From Eledone cirrhosa (taxonomy: Eukaryota), in contig OZ024743.1 in the NCBI GenBank assembly GCA_964016885.1, forward strand, positions 338,706,001 to 338,770,000: a stretch of DNA of 64,000 bases. Direction: 5' to 3'. Each line of letters opens with the position of its first letter. Positions within the stretch are counted from its first letter, which is position 1. The position numbers and the translations under genes are program-made. Under the pieces are notes generated by a model. The model was not told the DNA's origin and did no database searches. It worked only from the letters and a program-made list of their open reading frames with translations. Of this stretch, positions 39,729-52,022 are shown one piece after another.

Positions 39729-42700
39729 TGTGTACCGACAACATGTGTACCGACAACACACACATACACACACATATACACATACATGCACATATATGAG
39801 CTCACCTACACATACAGTCAGATTTACCCATATACATATATGTAGACGTACACATACACACACATACATACACATACATATATACACACACATACACATA
39901 TGCATACACATACACATACATATATATACAGATATATATATACACACACATAGACATATGTATACACATGTATTCACATACACACACACACACATACAGA
40001 TAAATTTGCGTACACGCACGCACACTTAAAACGCCCGTATGAGTAAAATACTTACACACAGACACACACACTATTGTTGGTTGCGGAGTGGAGGTATGTT
40101 TTGTCGGTGCTGATGAAGTATGGAGTTGTGTTTTGTGGTGGTGGTGGTGGAGTTGTGCTGGACAAAATATATATATACCGGATAGAATACCAGTTAAAAG
40201 GTGACAGGGAACGCGGGGGGGAAGCGTTTATGTACGTACGGCGATGTGTGTTGTGGACATGATGATGGTGGGGTGATGCTGGGGTGATATATTCGGCAAG
40301 ATGATTACATGATCAGAGGTTACGGTGTGTTATATGGTAGGCAAACGGGGGGTGGGGGGTATATAATACAGTCGATTTGGGAGCGAGGGATGATATGTGT
40401 TGATGATGTAATGATAATGATTGTTGAAGTATGTGGATGTATTTAGTGGTGGCGGTGGTTGTGTGTGCGTGCGACAGTACAGTTACAGGGTCGAATTTAG
40501 CGTGGGGTTGCAAGTTAGGGTAGATAGGGGGAACATGGGGGGATGAGGATGTAGGCGTGTATGGTATGCATATGACGATGTGTGGTGTGGTGGTGGTGGC
40601 GATGGTGTGATGTGATCGACATTGTATTTACAAGGTCCCTTGTCATTGTGAATTGCAAGGTAGAACGTATCATATGGTACCGATTTAATACGATTTTGCA
40701 ACTATGAGGTGTGTATGTTGATGTGAATTTTGGTGGTGGTGATGGTGATGTGTGCGGCATGATATACAAATGGGGGCTTAGAGATGGTAACATGGAGTAC
40801 AATACAATAAGTTCATTGAGGTGGGCGATGTTGAGACGGGGTAAAGGTGGTTGTTAATATGGTGTGTCATGGTTAGTGTGATTTTTGGTGTGGATTATGT
40901 ATGCGGCATGATATACAAAATACGGGCTTACATATGGTTAAATTCAATGAAATGAAATAAGATAAAGTGAAGTTAGATTAGAATTAAAGTTCGTTGAGAT
41001 GGGCGATGGTGATACGGGGCAGGTGTGGTTATTATTATGGTGGGTCATGGTTAGTGCGTGGTCTTCCCGCGAAAGTTTGTGCAGAAAAGGTGTGCATCCT
41101 AGTGTGTCTGCAATTGACAATTATGTCCGACCTATAGTTTATGGCGGAATCAAGTTTAATTATTTCCGCCGCTTCAGCTAGGCACAATCTGCGGTGGTTT
41201 CTGTCACTGGGGATGTATGTCACACGTCTTTTTACTGACCACGAGATCCGGGGTTCAATATTCCTGTCCTTGAGGTCCCAGATCAGATCGGCCAGTTTTG
41301 TTTGGGGTCGTTTCGATCTATGTTTGAAGGAGCTTCTGTGGTTATACCAGCGCTCCTTAAACGTAGTAGATGTCGCACCTATATATGAGTACTCCTTATT
41401 GCCGGCAGTGACATCGCACCGGTAAACAATATTCTTAACGAGGCACTCCCCGTTTAGTGGGCATTCGTCTCGTTTTTTGCAGTTGCGTTTGGGAGTAACC
41501 GGTGCGGTGTAACGTTGGCGGTTGGTGTCGTGCGGTGTTGGTGTGGTGTGTGTGTTGTTGTGTTGTGTTGTGTGTGTGGTTTCGTTCTGGGTTGTGGTGG
41601 TGGTTTGTTGGGGGGAAACCATGTGTTTTCGTATTTTTGCCCTATTATTGTGTGCTATTGTGTGGCCTAGGTTTGGTGCTGTGGAGAAAGAGAATTTTAC
41701 TGTGTGTTTATTGAAGAGCTTGTGGTATTTGTGTGTGTGTGGAAAAGATTGTTCGAGGGCCCTGAAAAAGGTTCCCGGTATGTTAGTGGCGACGTGTATA
41801 GAATAGGGGGGGGGGGGTTATACCACGTGACAGGTCTACTTCGGTTTATGCGTTGTTTAGTGAGTTTGTGTGTGTTTTGGTCAGGCGTCTGTTTCAAATA
41901 GGTTCCAGGTAATCTATTGGCGTTATGTTCCTTGTCTCTATTGGTACGCAAACGTGTGCGATAGTCGGAGTTGTTATTGGGGATGGAGAGTATGGCTTTA
42001 TCTCCTAGACAGTTATGTGTGGTGCTGTCTACGCTGCCGGCTAGGGGGCGTCTAAGGTTATTGTGTGTCCTATGTGTTGAGGTTTCTTCTAAGTTCGTTT
42101 CTAAGGGTCCTGCTATGTTTAGCTGTGTTGCGGTTCTATTAGGGTTGATGTAAGTAATCTTCTCAGTGTAACCAGCGTTTATAAGTGCGGAGTCATAGTA
42201 TTCCGCGTGCTGCTTGAAGATGTTTTCGTTGGCCGACAGTGTGGACACTCTGTTGGAGACACTTTTAACTGTAGAGTTAATTATGCTCTTATGGTGGTTG
42301 GAGTGTCTATTGACGTATCTAATATTTTCATTAGGTTTGTGGTATGGACGGTAGAGGCCTGAGTCTAATTCTAGGGTGACGTCTAAGAAGTTAACTGTCC
42401 TATTGTTGGGTTCAATTTCTACTGCTAAACCTTGGTTCTTAAAGATGTACCTAAGTCGTTTGTGTATTCTATTCAGTTGGCTGTTATTGAGTCCACGGGT
42501 CATTAGTAGGGCATCATCCCGGTATAATCCACCGCCCAAGGAGGGGATCTCGTCCGTTAATATGTTTAGGAGGTATATGCCTACTACATCTGTAACCTGT
42601 GCCGAGTCAGTCGATCCCATGGTGATGTCGAAGCTATCTGGTCTATTCTGTCGTTCCCAAAGTCTACCGTCGAATTCTAGTAAAGTTTTCCTAGCTGTTA

Positions 42701-43541
42701 TTATTATGTCTACTTCTCTTCTAGTGAGGCTTGATCTGTTCATGGCTGAGATCAGTGCCTTGTTAAGGATGATTGGGGATATAGATGCGTAGTAGTTCGT
42801 AATGTCCAATTGGACTAATCGAACATTCGACTTAGTTTCAATGGCACAAAACGAGTCTATTACCTCCTTTGTACAAGACCATAGGCTGAGTTTAGTTCTA
42901 ATCTTAAGTTCAGGTAATATTCGGTCAATGATTGATTTGCTAAGTCTACCAAGGTCCGATTTGAAGGGGGCTATGAGCCTGACCGGTAGTTTTGACTGGA
43001 AGTCCGGTTTATAGTCTTTAATGGATATTCTCGGTGTCCTAGGGTTGTAAGGAAAGGTCCTGTCGTCAATACTCAGTTCGGTCATTATTGATTTCGCCTG
43101 TTTATTTGTGTGTGCTAGGTTTTCTCGTGTTGATGTTTTGTATATTTGACGTTTGTAATGCATTTGTTGTAGGTTTTGTACTCTAAGTTATATAGGTTTC
43201 CAGTTTTATCCGCTGGTACAATAATCCCAGTGCTATTCTTGATCCTTTTTAAGGTAGAGGCGAGTCCGGACAGGAATGCACTTCTGTCAGGGTTTCGCGG
43301 TGGTTTCCTGAATCTAATTTTCCGATTCATGGTAATGATCCTGCTCTCAAATTCCTCAAGGAGTGGGTTGTGCGGTGGGTTTTTCGTGTGTATATATGTA
43401 TGTGTATGTATGTGTGTGTATGTGTACGTCTACATATATGTATATGGGTAAATCTGACTGTATGTGTAGGTGAGCTCATATATGTGCATGTATGTGTATA
43501 TGTGCGTGTATGTGTGTGTTGTCGGTACACATGTGTGTGTG

Positions 43542-43572
<31 letters not shown>

Positions 43573-44617
43573 GTGATTATACGTGTGTGCGAGTGTGTAT
43601 GTGTATATCTTGCATACATGAGTGTGAGTCCATGTGCCCATACCTATGTGTATGTGTGTGTATGTATATATGTAAAACACCTTCTACATCGCCTCTCACC
43701 TTCCCCCCATCTCTGTCGTTCGCCACCCCCACCGATACTCCCCCACTCTCCATATTCGTGTCCGCATGCGCGCATGCACATACATGTGTGTACATATACA
43801 TATGGCTGTGTGTGAGCGTATGCCGATATGTGTGGGCAAGGATGTGCGTATGTGTTTTATGTTGTGTGAGTTTATACAACAATATATGTGCACATATATA
43901 CATATGTGTGTGTGCGTATACGTATATACAAGGTATCTGTCAGACGAAGAGCGTCTAACTATGTATCTATGTAAGGACCTGACGCCACCAATACATCCAC
44001 CACACCACCAAAAACGCCGCTACCATAGACAAAGGCACCACTACCACAACCCCACCCACACGCCAACCCGTCTACTGACAATCCACTAACCTCATACCAC
44101 AGCCCATCCCACTAAATAACCTTAACCACCACCATATCTTCACATCCATCCCCACATACTCTACACGCCAAGGTCAACCCACCACCACCACACCACAGCC
44201 CACCTCATCCACAGACCGTCACCAACATCTCACCATCACACCCACCCCCATATACACTACAGGCCAGTACATCGCCTTGATCCTTCTCACCAAACAAAAC
44301 ATCTCATTTTGTCAAACTCTTGAAACTCTGACTTTACCACATAGCATGTATTTCATTTTCTTATAGCATTTTAAGAGGGTCCGTCGAGCTGCCGATTATT
44401 GAGTCGGGTAGGATCGATATAGATCGAACCTTGAGCTGATCAGTGGTGAAACGCGCGTCACCTATCAATAAATGCAATGAAGGAATAATCAATCGTCCTT
44501 TTTATCCTTTCTATATTTTACACTCTGTATAGCTCTACACATCATCACAGAAGTGAACCTAAACATCGAGTGCTCACCCGGGTGAACCTGCAGTAACTCC
44601 TAGTTACACCCACTGGA
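39729..44617 (-). mobile_element. PLE (Hydra-like) with frameshifted RT and GIY-YIG at 43384->41035 and an inverted 3' end at 43385-44617
   Basis: PADKTGN, PVRLIAP, QLDITNYYASI, TMGS, GLYRDD, FLDVTL, WYNPP, CPLNGECLVKNIVY..YIGAT; 43385-43534 reverse-complements 39742-39890. Confidence 0.9.
44376..44463 (+). ncRNA. Hammerhead-like motif with variant core CCGUCGA and a long stem II
   Basis: GGGU-CCGUCGA-GCUGCCGAUU..GAUCAGUGGU-GAAAC-GCGC-GUC-ACCU, then AAUAAA. Confidence 0.55.
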
Positions 44618-44728
44618 TATATGTATATATATATATATATATGTATAAATATATGTATATATATATGTATTCAAAACAGCGTTTCGCACCTTTCCGACAG
44701 ACAACCTTTCCCCCACCCCGGAAAAAAA

Positions 44729-44764
44729 CCCCAGTTGATGGATGTGAATCCGAAATATATAGGG
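44729..44764 (+). ncRNA. Hammerhead-like motif with variant core CAGUUGA (second copy at about 58677-58712 on -)
   Basis: CCC-CAGUUGA-U-GGAU-GUGA-AUCC-GAAAU-AU-AUA-GGG. Confidence 0.5.
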
Positions 44765-44959
44765 ACAATTAAATATCTCTCTCGTGTTATTATTTTATTT
44801 TATCCTTTATGCTCTTTCCTTCATTCCTCTACACGTCTTATACACGCCACGCATCTCAACGTACACCCACTTACATCTCTCTCTCCACCACCGGATCTTG
44901 TTACCCGGAGATTTACCCATTTTCATTGTCGAGGCTTCCAAACGACTTAAAGAAATTTA

Positions 44960-45090
<131 letters not shown>

Positions 45091-45149
45091 TGTATGTATA
45101 TATATGTATATATATATATATATGTATATATGTACATATGAATATCTAC

Positions 45150-46986
45150 TTATATATATAACCACCAATTTCTCTGTCTGTCTGTCCGACAGTGGAAACA
45201 CGTGCGTAGAGAGAGAGTGAGAGTGAAAGAAAGAGACAGACTACGAGAAGGGGATAGCGGGAGAGAGAGAGAGTGAATAGACGCTAAAACACGTGCTATA
45301 GAAACATTACCTTCCCCTCTCCACTGACTTTGGTCACTGAGGCTGAGGGAATCGCTGGTTGCTATAGAGACACCTTGCACAAGCCAGAAGTAACCAGTTC
45401 GAGGCGGTTCTGACTTGACACCATGCGAAGGTTGCCATCTAATTTGTGGTTGTTGCTGCTGATAATAAGGACCATTTGAAGAAGGTTGCTGCTGATGAGG
45501 TCATTTATTAATCAGATTGCGCAGTTCCATAACCTACGTTTGATTTGTTCAATTTTTTTCTTCAATTTTTTTGTTGTTTTTTTTTATTTCTTATTGAAAA
45601 AATATAAATAATAAAATAAGGTTAGAAATTTAAATACAATTAAATACGATTTAATTTTCATTTCCAGCAGCCAATGTCCAGTGTTCAATTTCATGAAAAA
45701 ATTGGAAATAATTCAAAAAATTGAAGTTTAACTTTTGAACATTTGTTTTGACAATAAAAAAATATTTCCTTATTCACACCTAATGGTATGATTAAAATTT
45801 CATAAGAATATTTTTTTCTAACCTCCAGTTATTTAAATATTATTAAAAATAATTTTTTTTTTTTAAAGAATGGAAGATTTTGTGGATTTTTTTACCACCT
45901 TCCAAGCCTTAAACACTAATTCTCGCGAATTTGTGTTTTGTAATGACCCTCAGGACGCTGCTATTGTTGATTCCAATAGTGCCTGATATTCGAATATGTT
46001 AGTATACAATTTTTTGAATAAAATTAAGGCGCAATTAGAGCTGCCAAACAAAATTTATTTCGGCTTCGGCCCATATTATTTTTGGGAAAATTCTATTGGC
46101 TCTAATGAGTCTGCCTCTGTTGGCGTTATTTGCGACAGTCACCATTTCTTGAATTTCAAGTCTCCTTATAATATATAACCAGCAATTTCTCTGTCTGTCT
46201 GTCCGACAGTGGAAACACGTGCGCGCGTGGTTGCTATCTCTCTCTCTCTCCAGCTATCCCTCTCTTTTTGTCTGTCTGTTTCTCTGACTCTCACTCTTTC
46301 TCTTTGTAACACACTAACATTCCTCCCCTCTATCGCTGTGACGAATGGGGAGATGGAGGAGGAGGATGAGGAGGGGAGAGTCACTTCGTCACTTCACCTC
46401 TACCTTTCTTTGTCTCCCCTCTCACTCTCTCATTACGTACAGACATTAGGGCGGTGGATTGGCAGAATCTGTAGAGAGTCGGACACCATGCTTCATAGCA
46501 TGGAGTTACGTCCCTTTACGGTCTGAGTTCAAATACCGCCGAGGTTAACTTTGCCTTTCATCCTCACGGGGTCGATAAAATAACGTACCAGTAATGTACT
46601 GGATATTTGCTGGCCTTGTGCCAAAAGTAGAAACAATTATTAGAAACATAGCTTCATTTTTACATATCTAAGCATTAGTAAAATAACTAATAATTTCAAA
46701 AGTAATTTTTCAATTCCAATTGTTATGAACAGCAAAACATTAATAATAATTTTGTTCTAAGAAATACATATACATTTCTGTGTGTGTAATATATATATAT
46801 ACATTTCTCTGTGTGTAATATATATATATATACACAAAGAAATATATATACATTTCTGTGTGTGTAATATATATATATACACACACACAGAAATATAGAT
46901 ATATACACACAGAAATATATATATATTTCTGTGTGTGTAATATATATATATATACTCACAGAAATATATATACATTTCTGTGTGTG

Positions 46987-47029
<43 letters not shown>

Positions 47030-47581
47030 GAAATATATGGGCATTTCTCTGTTTGTCTGTCTGTCTGTCTGTCTGTCCTTCCCTAAAACTCAAATGTAGG
47101 TGCTACAGAAATATTACCTTCCCCTTCCTTTCTCCACTTTCGTACTACCAAGAGAAACACTGTCGCTATAGAAACATTACCTTCCCCTCTCCACTGACTT
47201 TGGTCACTGAGGCCGAGGGAATCGCTGGTTGCTATAGAGACACCTTGCACAAGCCAGAAGTAACCAGTTCGAGGCGGTTCTGACTTGACACCATGCCAAG
47301 GACCATTTGAAGATATATTTCCATCGTTATATCATAACGTTTATGTATCATAACGTTTATATTTCCGTCACTAATCTCTTTTTCTCCTTTTTCGTTTTAA
47401 CATATATTATTTCAAAGATTTCACCGTATAGATAACATATATATTTATACATGCATAAAAGACACACCGAGAGACGGTGAACATGTGGTGCCGAAAACAT
47501 TTCTCATCCAAATCTCAACAATATCAGTATATACACTAGATTTGCTAGCAGAAAACCGCCCACCGGGTGGTTTTCTGCTAG
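45150..47581 (+). mobile_element. Fragments of a non-autonomous Helitron-like family: three 5' ends near 45150, 46170 and 47035, and a 3' hairpin with CTAG at 47545-47581
   Basis: TATATAT..(CTGT)n starts; internal block 45295-45430 repeated at 47165-47300; similar terminal hairpin at 63665-63702. Confidence 0.5.
46449..46641 (+). mobile_element. Full-length Meta-like SINE
   Basis: A/B boxes, core, (ATT) tail. Confidence 0.9.
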
Positions 47582-48224
47582 TCTATATATATAAAACTGA
47601 GGATGTCTGTCTGTCTGTGTGTGTGTCTGTGTGTCTGTGAGTTTGAATCCCTAAAACTCTAGAAGTACCCAACCGATTTTTTTCAAACTTTACATGTGTA
47701 TTACTTATGTTTCAGGGAGTGTTATGCACATAAGATTCAACTTTTCGATCCCCTAGGGCCCGCATTAGGTGAAAAACTGCATTTTTTCAGCTTTTGGGGG
47801 GTTTTTTGAGGCGTTACGTCAGACTGATTTCCTTGAAATTGTAACTATTTATTAGTCAGTCTCTTCTCATACCGTGAGCAAAGAAAATCCAACTTTTTTA
47901 TGGCCTAGGGCCCGCATTAGGTGATAAACTTCATTTTTTTTTCACCTTTTTAGGGCTTTACATCTAGCCGATTTTCCCGAAATTTCAAAGCATATTATGC
48001 ACATAAAAAAATTCATTTTATTAATCCCCTAGGGCCCGCATTAGGTGAAAACCTGCATTTTTCCTGCTTCATCGAGGAAAATCTTAAAGTTTATCCAGCC
48101 ATCAGAGTATTCGGTTTATTTTCTTTACATATTGTCCAGGCATGCAATTTTTCCACGATTAGGTCTGTTGGTGGCCCGCGTTCCAAAATACCCCTTCCCG
48201 TGCAACGCCAGGTACCACTGCTAG
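47582..48224 (+). mobile_element. Non-autonomous Helitron
   Basis: 5' TCTATATATATAAAA, (GTCT/GT)n, 3' cccgtgcaacgccagg hairpin then CTAG|T; internal cctagggcccgcattaggtga x3. Confidence 0.75.
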
Positions 48225-48240
48225 TATATATTTATGTATG

Positions 48241-48283
<43 letters not shown>

Positions 48284-48457
48284 TTAAGGATACTATTTAT
48301 GGTTATGTATATACTAAAACCTTTTATAGTTATATATATATTATACCCTAAATAGTGAAAGACAGTAATTTATTACTATCTTATTACAACATCAGTTGTT
48401 TTACAGAGCAGTTATATAGAGAATACATGAAACAAAGTTCTGTTTAAATCATTTATC

Positions 48458-48504
48458 TGCTTACAATTGTTTCTTCCAAACCGAGGTTTGACGTCTTCGG
48501 AGCA
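48458..48504 (-). ncRNA. Hammerhead motif with core CCGAAGA
   Basis: UGCU-CCGAAGA..CAAACC/GGUUUG..GAAAC-AAUU-GUA-AGCA. Confidence 0.7.
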
Positions 48505-51500
48505 ATTATTCAGTGATTTTTACATACTTGACCTCCTTTTCAACACAAGAGACATATAGAAACATATGTATATATTGACCCACAGTGGGTTGACATCCAT
48601 TATAATAATATAGCATGGTAATTTACATACAAAGATTACAGTCATATTAAAGGACAAAATTAAAATTAAAATAAAACATTGGCAGTCTACTAAGATAAAG
48701 CAAAAGGAAAGTTTGGAATAGCCAGTGTATGCAACAGTCACACGTGTGGCATGCACGCGTGTCCTATTTATACAAGATTATAGTGCGGCAGATTGTTACA
48801 AGTAAAACAAGCAGTCAAAGCAGGCAAGAGCATCATGGGGGTGAACTGGTTAAGCATTATTTACACACACCTGTACGATATAGAAGCCCGTGTGTGGAGA
48901 AACACCAAAAATATCAAAAATATTACAAATGAGAAGCAAAACAGCACCACTGTCCTCGTACACACCACCACTCTCACAATCCAGGAAACGCAATTTATAG
49001 ACTACATGCCCATCTCACAATCCACGATGATTCAACATTGGGTGCCTGGTGAACCATGCTAGAACATCACAGCTTGTCGTTCTTTAATTCGATTCATAGA
49101 TCAGGTTGTTTTTGTTGTGAGAGATGACATCGTATTATATTCCGGAAGTGTGTGAGTGATTAAGGGGAGTTAATGCGTAAGGGGATGTAACTAGCTGATT
49201 TCTATAGTTAAATTTATTATCCTAAAGTACATTAATGGTGTCTCAAATGAGTTCCCATCATATAAGGTTATAAACAATTTCTAAATTTAAGTATCTTATC
49301 TATAAATTACAGTGTAGTCTATCGAGAAGTACTAAAGGTGTTCATATTAGGATGAATACCTTTTATCATAGAGTGCCCCCACCGAACATTCCACATGAAG
49401 AGTCAGATCTCCAAATCAATGATCTTTGTAAGTGTAGTCCACCCACAGGACCTGGCAGGGTCTTATTAGAATCACTTCTATATATGACTCCTGGTAAGTT
49501 CTGGGTCATTGCATGACTGATTGCATGGCAAAGTTAAATATCACTAGGGTAGTCCAGAGATCAATTCTCACTCACAAAGACACTGATCTGTCCATCAAGT
49601 CATACATGTATTTATAACTCATACATCACCTGTACATAATTCATTGCACTCAGCATATAGATTATATAGCTCTTTTATGTTAATAAATTAATTACTTAAT
49701 CTTCCATTTATTCAATGATGGCACTACATACACAGGACAATGTTAGCACAACCAATTCCTTGCTTACAGTTTACATTGGTGTAATGTAGTCTAAGCAATT
49801 GAAGGCCAATATACCAAAAGTAGAAGTACATGAGGATATCTCCAAGGTAAAAGGTACCAGGAGGATGTCACTATTTGCGCTAAAGAGGATTAATGGGTGT
49901 GGAGATGAGGTGTAAAGTGTGCCCCTGATGATTGCTGCTAGAAGCGGTGACGGGTTCAAGTCTGACATTGTTATATATTGGGTTCAAAGTTTTGGAAGGA
50001 GTGTCGGAAGCGGTGTTGGCAAGACGCGAACACTTCTGATTTTTTATTAAGGAGGTTATGGTTTGAGAAGATGATAGTATGGGTTTCTAGTAGACAGAGG
50101 TTACAAAATGTATTAGGTGGTTTGTACGATGACGCGTTACCTATCACTTCCCATTTAAGTGTATATGGTTTATTTTTAGTTTTTAGATAGTGTATGTAGC
50201 TAGATAGAGAAGTGGAGTTGGCTAGACTGTGTTTTTTGAAAGAGTGGAGGTGCGAATTGTATCTGGTTTTGAAGCAGTTTGAAGTAGAGCCTATATAGGT
50301 TTCAGAAGAGTTGCTAGTTCTGACTGTGCATGAGTATATGATATCCTTGGTTAAGCATTTTTTATCTAAAGGGCAGGTTCTATTTGATCTACAGTTACAA
50401 TTATTCTGGGTGTTAGTCTGCCGGTTATTATGTTGTGTAGAAGTCTGGATGGTAGCTATGGGGTTATGGTTATGTGGGTTGACGTTCCCAGCGTTATTGT
50501 TTACACTAGTGTTATTACTATTATTTCTATTGATATTAGGGTTAGTTGCTATCATGTTATTTTGAAGGTTTATCGTCTGTTGTGATTTAGTTTGCTGGAA
50601 GTAAGAATTAATTTTTCTTTTATTCTTACTAGCTATGTGGTATGCTATGTTAGGCGTGGTAGAGTGGGAGATTTTAATAGTGTTTTTGTTTAAAAGGCTA
50701 TGGTACTTATGGCCGGATGGGAAGTTTTTATCTAGTAGTGAGAAGAAAGCCCTAGGTAGGTTGGTAGAGACGTTTAGATTGAAAGGAGGGTTGAAAAATG
50801 TATTATTTGTTCTTCTATTTTTGTTTTTTACGTCTGGTGAGTTGTTTCCTTTTATGGTACTATGGTAATTTCTGTGGTGTGGGTTATTTTTGTTTGCATC
50901 TTCCGTATTAGTGTGTGTGTGGTTGCTATTCCTATTACTAAATTTCCTCATGGTCATGTTGTGCGAAATAATGTTGTAGCTATGTGTTTTTGTAGGTAGG
51001 AACTAGATCTCTATATTATGGCCTGATCTAGCTAATGCCTGATTATAATATTGCGAGTTTTTGCTAAATATGTTTACGTCATAGGATAGATTAGAGATTC
51101 TATTAGATACTCCCTTAGAGATAGAGTTTAATATAGATCTAGGGTGGTTAGACTTGGTATCTACGTAAATGAGTTTTTCATTAGGTTTGTGGAAAGGTGC
51201 ATATATCTTTGAGTCTAGGTAGAGGGTGGCGTCCAGGAAGTTAACGTTTTTAGTGTTTTTGTCCATGGTAATACTAAGGTTATAGTTTTTGAATGTCTTG
51301 TGCAATAGTTTTCTAGTTCTTTCTATATTGAATTTTTTATAATCTATAAGTAGAAGTGCATCATCGTGGTACACACCACCGTTGAGATATGGAAGGTCCT
51401 TATGGATTTCGTTAAGTAAATATAGGCCGACTAAATCAGTGACCTGCGCCGAGTCACTAGATCCATCCTTTTGCTTTATCTTAGTAGACTGCCAATGTTT

Positions 51501-51670
51501 TATTTTAATTTTAATTTTGTCCTTTAATATGACTGTAATCTTTGTATGTAAATTACCATGCTATATTATTATAATGGATGTCAACCCACTGTGGGTCAAT
51601 ATATACATATGTTTCTATATGTCTCTTGTGTTGAAAAGGAGGTCAAGTATGTTAAAAATCACTAAATAAT

Positions 51671-51717
51671 TGCTCCGAAGACGTCAAACCTCGGTTTGGA
51701 AGAAACAATTGTAAGCA
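51671..51717 (+). ncRNA. Hammerhead motif with core CCGAAGA (inverted copy)
   Basis: Identical motif on the opposite strand. Confidence 0.7.
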
Positions 51718-51980
51718 GATAAATGATTTAAACATAACTTTGTTTCATGTATTCTCTCTCTCTATATATATATATTGTTATACTTGGGGAGGGTCATGTT
51801 TGTGCAATATTGCCAGAATTAATAACAGAACACACTCACTGTTTGGTTGGTTTTCGCTTTTCGCTTCTGTGTCTTTTATATCGGTAATCTAATTTATTCG
51901 GTCCTCAATGTTGCCATTGACTGACCAACGGTAAAAAATAATACAGATACAATATAGATACAAACACATATATATAGTTT

Positions 51981-52022
51981 ATCAAAGTTCTTTCGTTGCA
52001 CATCTGCAACATCGTCAGTGTT
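51981..52022 (-). ncRNA. Minimal hammerhead ribozyme in the PLE pseudo-LTR
   Basis: CA-CUGACGA-U-GUUGCA-GAUG-UGCAAC-GAAAG-AA-CUU-UG. Confidence 0.8.

Larger units (their letters stand above)
48281..51755 (-). mobile_element. PLE (Hydra-like), 5'-truncated in RT, with an inverted pseudo-LTR (51467-51755 vs 48420-48707)
   Basis: GVYHDD, NFLDATL, SNHP, FFNPPF, CNCRSNRTCPLDKKCL..YIGST..FKTRY. Confidence 0.9.
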
